64,000 bases of DNA, taken from an uncultured Armatimonadia bacterium (GTDB taxonomy: Bacteria > Armatimonadota > Zipacnadia > Zipacnadales > UBA11051). A program made the translations under genes and the position numbers. The stretch spans positions 6,155 to 70,154 of the forward strand of contig CAYMIN010000009.1 in assembly GCA_964390495.1 (NCBI GenBank), in the 5' to 3' direction. Below, piece after piece: positions 27,835 through 35,934 of this stretch (positions are counted from its first letter, which is position 1; each line of letters begins with the position of its first letter). The notes below the pieces were generated by a model that did not search any database, was not told the origin of the DNA, and saw only the letters and a program-made list of their open reading frames with translations.

Positions 27835-29109
27835 ATGTCCGAGAAGCTAGCGATTGACGGCGGTGAGAAGGTCAGAGCAGAGCCGTTTCCGCCCTGGCCG
27901 TATTTCGACCAGGAAAGCATCGAGGCGGCCATGGAGCCGTTGCGCAGCGGCAAGGTCAACTATTGGACCGGCTCGGTCGGCCAGCAGTTCGAGAGTAAGT
28001 ACGCCGAGTGGTGCGGCTGCAAGTATGGCATCTCAACCAACAGCGGCACCAGCGCTTTGCATGTGGCAATGGCCGGCGCGCTTAACATCGGCCCCGGGGA
28101 TGAGGTGATCGTCCCCAGCTACACCTTCATCGCTTCCTCGATGTCCATCGCCCAGGCCGGCGCCGTGCCGGTATTCGCCGATGTCGAAAAACTCACCCAC
28201 ACCATTGCTCCGGCTTCCATCGAGGAGAAGATCTCCGACCAGACCAAGGCCATCGTTCCGGTGCATCTCTACGGCTGCATGTGCGACATGGACCCGATTA
28301 TGCAGATTGCCGAGAAGCACGGGCTGTATGTGATTGAGGACTTCGCCCAAGCCCCCGGCGGTGAGTACAAAGGCAAGCAGGCCGGCAGTATCGGGCACGT
28401 CAACGCCACCTCCTTCTGCCAGAGCAAGCACTTCACCACCGGCGGCGAGGGCGGTTGCGTGGTCACCGACAACGAGGATTGGGCCTGGAATGCCCGCGCC
28501 TTCCGCGACCACGGCTATGACGTATCCGAGCGGATGCGGCTGCTGGAGCTAGAGGAGAAGCTGCCTTACATCCACAACCGCATCGGTTTCAACTTCCGCA
28601 TGACCGAGATGCAGTCGGCCATCGGCCTGCGCCAACTCGAACTGATGGACACCTGGCATCTGCCTACGCGCCGTCGCAATGCCAAGATCCTTGACGAAGA
28701 GCTGCAGGACCAGCCGTACATCCTGGCGCTGCCGATTGATACCGAGGAGCGCAAGAACGCCTACTGGATGTACCCGATCATCCTGGATACGGATAATATC
28801 ACGGTTGATGCCCGGCAGTTCTTCCAGGCGGTGGCTGCCGAGGGCGTGCCGGCCGGGCCTGTGATGTGGCCTGAAGGCTACAAGGAGAAGTGCTATGCCG
28901 AGCATGTCGGCTTCGGCGAGTTGGCCTACCCGTTCAAGGACCCGGCCACCAGGCCTGAGGCCGTGGACTACAAGAACATGGAGATGGCCAACGCCGTCTG
29001 GGTCGAGAGCCGCACCTTCTTCGTACCGCCGCATCCCACCTATGAAGAGCAAGACATGCGCGACATTGCCACAGCAATCAAGAAGGTCGGCGCAGCCTAC
29101 GCCAAGTAA
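27835..29109 (+). CDS. DegT/DnrJ/EryC1/StrS-family PLP-dependent sugar aminotransferase (ArnB-like) with C-terminal extension
   Basis: AGGAGGAA RBS 8 nt upstream. GTSALHVAMAGALNIGPGDEVIVPSYTFIAS and the PLP-Lys region (SFCQSKHFTTGGEGG). Confidence 0.8.
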   Translation: MSEKLAIDGGEKVRAEPFPPWPYFDQESIEAAMEPLRSGKVNYWTGSVGQQFESKYAEWCGCKYGISTNSGTSALHVAMAGALNIGPGDEVIVPSYTFIASSMSIAQAGAVPVFADVEKLTHTIAPASIEEKISDQTKAIVPVHLYGCMCDMDPIMQIAEKHGLYVIEDFAQAPGGEYKGKQAGSIGHVNATSFCQSKHFTTGGEGGCVVTDNEDWAWNARAFRDHGYDVSERMRLLELEEKLPYIHNRIGFNFRMTEMQSAIGLRQLELMDTWHLPTRRRNAKILDEELQDQPYILALPIDTEERKNAYWMYPIILDTDNITVDARQFFQAVAAEGVPAGPVMWPEGYKEKCYAEHVGFGELAYPFKDPATRPEAVDYKNMEMANAVWVESRTFFVPPHPTYEEQDMRDIATAIKKVGAAYAK

Positions 29110-29344
29110 GCAGGCCTCAGCGGTTAAACCGCCGGAGGGCAGCTATGAAGCGTCGGGGCATCTGCCCGGCGCTTTGCTGTGTTCCGCTGACGATCTTGAT
29201 GCCGAGCAAATAGTCGTTATGCTATAATACCAGCGCCAGAAAACACAAACAGCGAGGCCCGGGCTGCTGGCAGTGGTGCCGGGCTTGACGCAATTGTCAT
29301 TCGGGCGACGGCCACGGCGCTTCTGGCCCAAAGGAGTTGCTGCT

Positions 29345-29812
29345 ATGACCGCCAAAGATATCATGCAACCCGACTTCGTCTGCGTGCAGCCGGATATGCC
29401 TCTGAGGCAGGCGGCCGAGCTGATGACGGAGCAACGCAAGCTGCTACTGCCGGTGATTGACGCGGAAGGCTGCGGACAGGGAGTTCTGATGGAGGCCGAC
29501 CTGCTACGGGTGGTGCTACCCAAGTATTTAGACGGTCTGGCCAGCCTCAACTTTCTGCCGGAGGCCTGCGACTTGTTCGACCTCAATGTGAAGATCCCCA
29601 GCCTCAAGGTCCAAGATGTTATCGGCCAGCGCAAGCTCTACACCGTTAAACCGGATACCAAGGCGATGGAGATCGCCCACGTCATGCTCACCGAACAGAT
29701 ATCGTCGGTAGCTGTCGAGAAGGATGGCAAGATCGTCGGGATCGTCACTCGCGGCAGCCTGGTGCGTCACATCTTCGAGCACCTACTCTGTGAGGAAGAG
29801 CAGCAGCAATGA
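29345..29812 (+). CDS. CBS-pair domain protein
   Basis: Two CBS motifs (TAKDIMQPDFVCV..., ITEQISSVAVEKDGKIVGIVT). AAGGAG RBS. Stop overlaps the permease start. Confidence 0.75.
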   Translation: MTAKDIMQPDFVCVQPDMPLRQAAELMTEQRKLLLPVIDAEGCGQGVLMEADLLRVVLPKYLDGLASLNFLPEACDLFDLNVKIPSLKVQDVIGQRKLYTVKPDTKAMEIAHVMLTEQISSVAVEKDGKIVGIVTRGSLVRHIFEHLLCEEEQQQ

Positions 29813-31161
29813 ATTACCCTGCCATAGGCGCGGTGGCAATATTCCTCGTCACTTACATACTTCTGGCCACCGAGAAGGTCCACAAAACCAAGGCGGTGCT
29901 GGCCGGCGCGGTCTTGATGATACTGCTCGGCATCGTCAGCCAGCGCACTGCCTTCCACGGGGGGCAAGCCAAGTACCTCGAGAACGTGTACATCGAGGGT
30001 ATTGACTGGAACACCATCATGCTGCTCATCGGCATGATGATCATCGTCAACATCATCCGCACCACCGGAGCCGTCGAGTTTTTGGCCATCAAGTCCGCCA
30101 AGGCCGTCCACGGCCATCCCACTCTCATCATTGTGCTGCTTTGCGTCATCACAGCCGTATTGTCGGCATTCCTGGACAACGTGACCACGGTGATCATCAT
30201 AGCGCCGGTGGCTATCCTAATCTTTGAGCGCCTGGAAAGCGATCCGGTTCCCTGCCTAATATCTGTTATCTGCGCCTCTAACATTGGCGGGACGGCAACA
30301 CTTATCGGGGACCCGCCTAATATCATCATCGGCTCGGCAGCGCGTCTGAGCTTTCTCGACTTTCTATCGGTGGACGCCCCTGTGGCGATCGTCTCGATGC
30401 TGGCGCTCTTGGTGGCGATAGCTCTATTTCTACATCCCCGTCTCTCGGTAAGTCAGCAAGTGCGCGAACGCGTCATGGAGTTTGATGAGAGCGCGGCGAT
30501 TACCGACTGGAGCCTGCTGCGCCGCTGCCTTGTGGTTCTGGGGATCACACTGATAGGCTATGTCGTTCATGACCGGCTTAGTCTGGAGCCGGCAACTATA
30601 GCTCTGGGCGGCGCGGCACTGCTGCTGCTGCTTCACACCGACGGCCCGGAAGAGGCGCTCGAGCGCGTTGAGTGGCCCACCATTTTTTTCTTCATTGGCC
30701 TCTTCATAATGGTAGCCGGCCTGGTGGAGAGCGGCGTAATGGAGATGCTGGGGCAAGGCTTCAGAACCTTCACTGGCGGCAACACCGCGGCAATGACCAT
30801 GCTGATGCTCTGGGGCTCAGGTATCATGTGCGCAGTAGTCAACAACATCGCCTATACCACCATGATGACGCCGCTGATCACAACCATCGCGCTCTCCGCA
30901 CATCCTGCAGCAGCCACCGCGTCATGGGTGGAAATATATCATTCGCCCGAAATACTGCCGCTGTGGTGGGCGCTCTCACTGGGCGCGTGTTTGGGTGGCA
31001 ACATGACGTATGTGGGTTCGGCCGCTAATGTGGTGGTCGTGGGTATCGCTGACGGCAGTGATCACCCGATTGGCTTCGGTCGCTACCTCAAGTACGGTGT
31101 GCCGATTGCCTTCGCGTCGCTGCTGCTGGCCACCTTGTGGTTGTGGCTGCTGTTCTTGTAG
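29809..31161 (+). CDS. ArsB/NhaD-superfamily anion permease
   Basis: ~12 TM helices with an internal repeat and NhaD/ArsB-like hydrophobic pattern. Family call by overall architecture only. Confidence 0.6.
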   Translation: MNYPAIGAVAIFLVTYILLATEKVHKTKAVLAGAVLMILLGIVSQRTAFHGGQAKYLENVYIEGIDWNTIMLLIGMMIIVNIIRTTGAVEFLAIKSAKAVHGHPTLIIVLLCVITAVLSAFLDNVTTVIIIAPVAILIFERLESDPVPCLISVICASNIGGTATLIGDPPNIIIGSAARLSFLDFLSVDAPVAIVSMLALLVAIALFLHPRLSVSQQVRERVMEFDESAAITDWSLLRRCLVVLGITLIGYVVHDRLSLEPATIALGGAALLLLLHTDGPEEALERVEWPTIFFFIGLFIMVAGLVESGVMEMLGQGFRTFTGGNTAAMTMLMLWGSGIMCAVVNNIAYTTMMTPLITTIALSAHPAAATASWVEIYHSPEILPLWWALSLGACLGGNMTYVGSAANVVVVGIADGSDHPIGFGRYLKYGVPIAFASLLLATLWLWLLFL

Positions 31162-31198
31162 GGGTGGGTAACGACGGGGCCGCCAGGAGGATAATGCA

Positions 31199-31630
31199 AT
31201 GAGCAATACACAACGTTTCGGCATTTCCATGCCCGCTGATCTGCTGCAAGCCTTCGATGAACTCATCGCCAAGCAGGGCTATGCCAACCGCTCCGAGGCC
31301 ATCCGCCATATCGTCCGCGACTTCCTGATCCAGCGCCAGTGGATGATGCCCGAAGGCCACGTCGTCGGCACTATCACTATCGTCTATGACCATCACGTCC
31401 GCGGACTGCAATCACGGCTGATTGACCTACAACATCAACATGAACACATCGGTCACATCTCCTGCACCACCCACGTACACCTCGACCATGAGAATTGCGT
31501 GGAGGTTATGGTGGTTGAGGGCACTGCGGAAGAGGTGCGCCAGCTTGCCGACACCATCATCAGCGCCCGTGGGGTCAAGCACGGCCAACTCTCCTGCACC
31601 GGCGTGACACCGCTCAAGCACGCTCACTAG
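31199..31630 (+). CDS. nikR: nickel-responsive transcriptional regulator NikR
   Basis: RHH N-terminus QGYANRSEAIRHIVRDF. High-affinity Ni-site residues in HEHIGHISCTTHVHLDHENCVE. RGVKHGQLSC C-terminus parallels E. coli NikR. Confidence 0.9.
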   Translation: MSNTQRFGISMPADLLQAFDELIAKQGYANRSEAIRHIVRDFLIQRQWMMPEGHVVGTITIVYDHHVRGLQSRLIDLQHQHEHIGHISCTTHVHLDHENCVEVMVVEGTAEEVRQLADTIISARGVKHGQLSCTGVTPLKHAH

Positions 31631-31749
31631 GCAAGCTGAACAAGCCTGTGCCCCGACCGATTTTGGTTTGCAGAATCTGCCTGGCGGGAATATTGCTATT
31701 TGGGAATTGTTCAATCGGCACCTGACCGTACCCAAGGAGGAGAGCCGTT

Positions 31750-32202
31750 ATGTCACCTGCGCTGATCTGGCTGATTGTGGGGCTTGGCCTGCTCATCATT
31801 GAGCTTTTCACCATGACCTTCTTCTTGATGTGGCTGGCCTGTGGCGCGCTGCTGGCGGCCGTTGCGGCCTTCTTCACCAGCGCCGCCTGGGTGCCGTGGA
31901 TGGTCTTTTCGGTCGCCACGGTGGTGCTCTTGATCGCTACCCGGCCTCTGGCCCGCAGCATGCACGGCAGCGTCACCGTCCCCTCCAATGTGGACCGCCT
32001 CGTCGGCCAGACGGCGGTCGTCCTGGAGACCATCGACAATCTCCACAATACCGGCCGGGTGCGCATCGAATCCGATGAATGGCGCGCCCGCAGTGCCGGC
32101 GATGCTATCGCCCAGGGCCAACACGTCATCGTCAAGAGCGTCGAAGGCACTACCTTGATGGTAGAGCTCCCCGACGCCGAGACAACTGCAACAGACCAGT
32201 AG
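31750..32202 (+). CDS. NfeD-family membrane protein (short form, OB-fold C-terminus)
   Basis: Two N-terminal TM helices and a C-terminal beta-rich domain. Immediately upstream of an SPFH gene (canonical operon). Confidence 0.8.
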   Translation: MSPALIWLIVGLGLLIIELFTMTFFLMWLACGALLAAVAAFFTSAAWVPWMVFSVATVVLLIATRPLARSMHGSVTVPSNVDRLVGQTAVVLETIDNLHNTGRVRIESDEWRARSAGDAIAQGQHVIVKSVEGTTLMVELPDAETTATDQ

Positions 32203-32288
32203 CCGAGTCGCCGCCGACGCCGTTCCGCCTCATCAGTATGTCCGTTAGTACGGTGCGAATGCGGTCGCAACCAAGGAGTTGACAAGCG

Positions 32289-33230
32289 ATGAGTTGGGCA
32301 GGTTGGATTGTCTTAGCGATTCTGGCACTTGTGGTCGTGGGCAAGGCGGTCTATATCGTCCGCCAGCACCAGCGAGGTGTGGTGGTGACCTTCGGCAAAT
32401 ACTCGAGGACGGTGCAGCCGGGGCTGGTGTTCGTCTTCCCCTTCGTCCAGGGCATTACCCTGGTGGACATGCGCGAGACGGTCCTTGATGTGATGCCGCA
32501 GGAGGTCATCACCGAGGATAACGCTCTGGTGACCGTGGATGCGATCGTGTACTACGAGATCACCGATCCCTTCCGCAACCTCTACAATGTCACCGACTTC
32601 CGCATGGCGGCGGTCAAGCTGGCCCAGACCAACCTACGTAACGTAGTCGGCGATATGGAGCTTGACGAGGTGCTGACCTCCCGCGAGACAGTCAATGCCC
32701 AGTTGCGGCAAATCCTCGACGACGCTACCGATAAGTGGGGCGTGCGCGTCACCCGCGTCGAGTTGCAGACCATCGAGCCGCCCGCCGACATCATTCAGGC
32801 CATGAGCCAGCAGATGAAGGCTGAGCGCCTCAAGCGTGCCGCGATCCTCGAGGCCGAGGGCCTGAGGCAGGCCGCGATTCTCAAAGCCGAGGGTGAGCGC
32901 CAGGCCCGCATCAACATCGCCGAGGGTGAGGCGGAAGCGATCAAGAAGGTGGCAGACGCCGAGAAGTACCGCGAGATCGCGGTGGCCCAAGGCGAAGCCC
33001 AAGCTATCACCACCGTCTTCGACGCCATTCACGCCGGCGATCCCACACCCGACCTGTTAGCGATTAAGTATCTCGAGGCGCTCGCCGATATCGCCGACGG
33101 TGAAGCCACCAAGATCTTCTTGCCGCTGGAAGCGATGGGCGTCCTGGGAAGCATGGCCGCTATCGGTGAGGCCTTCAAAGACGTTCAGCCGCCGGCAGCC
33201 AAAGGTCAAGTGGCTCCATCGGACGGGTAG
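32289..33230 (+). CDS. SPFH/band-7 (stomatin/prohibitin-like) protein
   Basis: N-terminal TM and band-7 core (YIVRQHQRGVVVTFGKY..., VDAIVYYEI.DP). C-terminal coiled-coil with EA-rich repeats. Confidence 0.85.
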   Translation: MSWAGWIVLAILALVVVGKAVYIVRQHQRGVVVTFGKYSRTVQPGLVFVFPFVQGITLVDMRETVLDVMPQEVITEDNALVTVDAIVYYEITDPFRNLYNVTDFRMAAVKLAQTNLRNVVGDMELDEVLTSRETVNAQLRQILDDATDKWGVRVTRVELQTIEPPADIIQAMSQQMKAERLKRAAILEAEGLRQAAILKAEGERQARINIAEGEAEAIKKVADAEKYREIAVAQGEAQAITTVFDAIHAGDPTPDLLAIKYLEALADIADGEATKIFLPLEAMGVLGSMAAIGEAFKDVQPPAAKGQVAPSDG

Positions 33231-33243
33231 TAGCTAGCTCTGG

Positions 33244-34218
33244 ATGGGAGCCGACGACGCAATGAAGCGGATCGTCAGCGTCAGCTTGGGGTCGAAAAGC
33301 CGAGACGCCAGCGCCACCGTTGAGATATTCGGCCAGCAGTTCCATCTGGAACGGGTCGGCACTGACGGCGACATCGCGGCCGCTCGGCGGATCATCTCCG
33401 AGCTCGATGGTCAGGTTGAGGCGATCGGGCTCGGTGGTATAGACCTCTATCTGGTCTGTGGGCGCCGTCGCTGGACGATCCGCGATGCGGCCAAGCTGGC
33501 GCGCGCCGCCAAGACCACTCCGGTCGTGGATGGCAGCGGCCTCAAGGACACTCTCGAACGCCGCGCCATCCGCGTGCTGCACGAAGAGGGACTCCTGGTC
33601 CCGCCTTCGTCTGCCCGTGATCCCGAGGCCGGCCCCCACTCCACCAAGGTCCTCATCGTTTCCGCGGTGGACCGCTTCGGCATGGCCGAAACCTTCGCCG
33701 AACTCGGCTACGACTGCCGCTTCGGGGATCTCATTTTCGCCCTGGGGCTGCCGCTCGTCCTAGCCTCGCTGACCTGGATCAAGCTCGCGGCCATAACCCT
33801 CCTGCCCCTTCTGACGCGCCTCCCCTTCACTGTCCTCTACCCCACTGGCAGCAAACAGGAGAGCCAGACCGGAAGAGCGCCTAAACACTTCGCGTGGGCC
33901 GACATCATCGCGGGGGACTTCCACTATATCAGGCGCAACTTACCTGCTGAGGGCGACTTACTGCGGGGCAAGACCATCATCACCAATACCACCACCGAGG
34001 CCGACATGCAGTTGCTGCGCGGCCTGGGCCTGCACCGGCTCATTACGACCACACCGCGCCTGGAGGGCCGCTCCTTCGGCACCAACATGATGGAGGCGGC
34101 GCTGCTGGCGCTGTCCGACAAGCCGTTTGCCGAGATCGGCCGCGACGATTACCTCGAAATGCTCGATAGAATGGAGTACGGCCCCTCGGTGGAACTACTC
34201 AACGACCCCAACAGGTGA
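33244..34218 (+). CDS. conserved hypothetical protein (unassigned family)
   Basis: ORF with good codon usage, 13 bp after the SPFH gene. No motif I can assign confidently. Start could be the internal Met (MKRIV) at 33262. Confidence 0.5.
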   Translation: MGADDAMKRIVSVSLGSKSRDASATVEIFGQQFHLERVGTDGDIAAARRIISELDGQVEAIGLGGIDLYLVCGRRRWTIRDAAKLARAAKTTPVVDGSGLKDTLERRAIRVLHEEGLLVPPSSARDPEAGPHSTKVLIVSAVDRFGMAETFAELGYDCRFGDLIFALGLPLVLASLTWIKLAAITLLPLLTRLPFTVLYPTGSKQESQTGRAPKHFAWADIIAGDFHYIRRNLPAEGDLLRGKTIITNTTTEADMQLLRGLGLHRLITTTPRLEGRSFGTNMMEAALLALSDKPFAEIGRDDYLEMLDRMEYGPSVELLNDPNR

Positions 34219-34453
34219 AGCTGGCGTCTTGGGCTGTCCAGTCTCTGTATATGACTCTTCGGCGTGCGGTGCTTCATGGAAGCCAGGCCATGAAACTGGC
34301 TCTGATGCACAACAATCTCCAGGACGACGGGCATCCCTGCCTGTCGCGAAACGGGGACAGGCGAGGATGCCTGTCCTCCAGGATGGGGTTGTGGGGGCGA
34401 GGCGTCACCGGCTGCCTTGCCTGTCCACTCCTCTAACGCCCCAAGCTGAGCAA

Positions 34454-35890
34454 TCACAGCTCCCGTCGGTGGCGCAGGTACTTCTCCTCCATATTCAGTT
34501 CTTCCAGCAGCTTGACGTAATCGGCGTGAAGCTCTCTGGCGATTTCCGGATGCTCGCCGATGACGTTTTGCTGCTGGCCGGGGTCCTCAGCTAGGTCATA
34601 GAGCTCCGGCGGCGGGATCCTGTCCCCTACTACCACGGCGTCGCGGCTCTCATCGTCCACGATGCTGGTGACATGCGATACCGGCGGCGCGTCGGGGCTG
34701 CCGAAGTGTACCAGGCACCAGTTGCCTTTGGTCACTGTTACCGGCCGTCCGCCGTTGGGATCGTGGGCCAGCGAGGCGGTCGTGACAGCGAAATCGCGAT
34801 TGCTTTGGCGCTCGCCGTTGATGATCGGCAGCAGACTGGCTCCGTGCATGGTCCCGGGGTCGGGTGCGCCGCTGAATTGCAAAATCGTCGGCATCAGGTC
34901 AGGCGGCTGGGCATAAGCTGAGACGCGCTTGCCCGTAGTCTGTTCGGGCATCCGGATCAGCAGCGGAATGTGCGCCACCTCCTCATAAAGCTGGACGATG
35001 GCGTGACCCTGCTGTTGAATCAGGCTCTTGCCGGTCAGCCCGTGCTCGCCCAGATAAAAGCCGTGGTCCGTGGTGAAGATGACCATGGTCTCGTCCAGCA
35101 CGCCGAGTTGGTCCAGGCGCTGCAGCAGGTAGCCCACCCAGGTGTCCACCAGGCTGACCTCGCCCGCATACAAGGCCCGCATGTGCTGCAACTCCGCCTC
35201 GGTGTAAACGTCGGCCGGACCGTAATTCGGGTAGTAGCAGATCTCGCCCCGATAGTTGGGATCAGCGTACAGGTCGGCGTACCACTTCGGCGGGTCGAAC
35301 GGCTCATGGGGGTCGAAGGTGTCCACGTACATGAAAAAAGGCTGCTGGTAGTTGTCTTCCAGCCAGCGAGCGGCTGTCATCATAGTGCGGGCCGGGAAGT
35401 AATCCTGCTCCTCCCGCCGCCACGAGGTATTGCGGATATACTGCCTGACGCTGTTGACGCCGCCATAGCGGATCTTGGCTTCGGAGCTGGGCAGCGGCGG
35501 ATCTGCCGGCGCTGACTTCCAGTTATCGTTCTCCTCCCCGCGGATCCAGTCATAGGCCGAGAAGCCGCGGAAGAAGTTCTGCTGGCCCCTGGCGATGTGG
35601 GGAGTATCCACGCAGAAGTACGTGGTGTAGCCGGCCCGGCCCAGCGCCTCCGCAACCACCGGCTTATCGGCAGGCAGCGGCGACCAGTCGAAATCAATGA
35701 AAGTGAACTGCCCTGTCATCACGTCACAGCGGTTGGGTACGGTCGGGAAAGACGCTGCGTAGGCGTTGTCGAAAATGGAGGCTTCGGCGGCCAGCCGGTC
35801 CAGGTTCGGCGTCCGTATCCAGTCATTGCCGTAGCAGCCCAGATGGTCGCGACGCATCGTGTCCGAGATGATGACTACCACATTCTTCAT
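34454..35890 (-). CDS. cytoplasmic sulfatase-like / alkaline-phosphatase-superfamily enzyme with Thr in the nucleophile position
   Basis: VVIISDTMRRDHLGCYGN metal-binding start. FPTVPNRCDVMTGQ replaces the sulfatase C/S-x-P-x-R, putting Thr at the nucleophile position as in EptA/LtaS-type transferases. No signal peptide. Confidence 0.7.
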   Translation of the reverse strand: MKNVVVIISDTMRRDHLGCYGNDWIRTPNLDRLAAEASIFDNAYAASFPTVPNRCDVMTGQFTFIDFDWSPLPADKPVVAEALGRAGYTTYFCVDTPHIARGQQNFFRGFSAYDWIRGEENDNWKSAPADPPLPSSEAKIRYGGVNSVRQYIRNTSWRREEQDYFPARTMMTAARWLEDNYQQPFFMYVDTFDPHEPFDPPKWYADLYADPNYRGEICYYPNYGPADVYTEAELQHMRALYAGEVSLVDTWVGYLLQRLDQLGVLDETMVIFTTDHGFYLGEHGLTGKSLIQQQGHAIVQLYEEVAHIPLLIRMPEQTTGKRVSAYAQPPDLMPTILQFSGAPDPGTMHGASLLPIINGERQSNRDFAVTTASLAHDPNGGRPVTVTKGNWCLVHFGSPDAPPVSHVTSIVDDESRDAVVVGDRIPPPELYDLAEDPGQQQNVIGEHPEIARELHADYVKLLEELNMEEKYLRHRREL

Positions 35891-35934
35891 AATTGCAGCT
35901 CCTCTTGATGCTCATCACAGTGCCGCATTCCATT

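Noticed and set aside
29196-29228. TTGATG -35 paired with the TATAAT at 29223
   Set aside because: The spacer would be 21 nt. Only the extended -10 (TGcTATAAT) is credible, so I mention it in the NikR-locus finding rather than as a full promoter feature.
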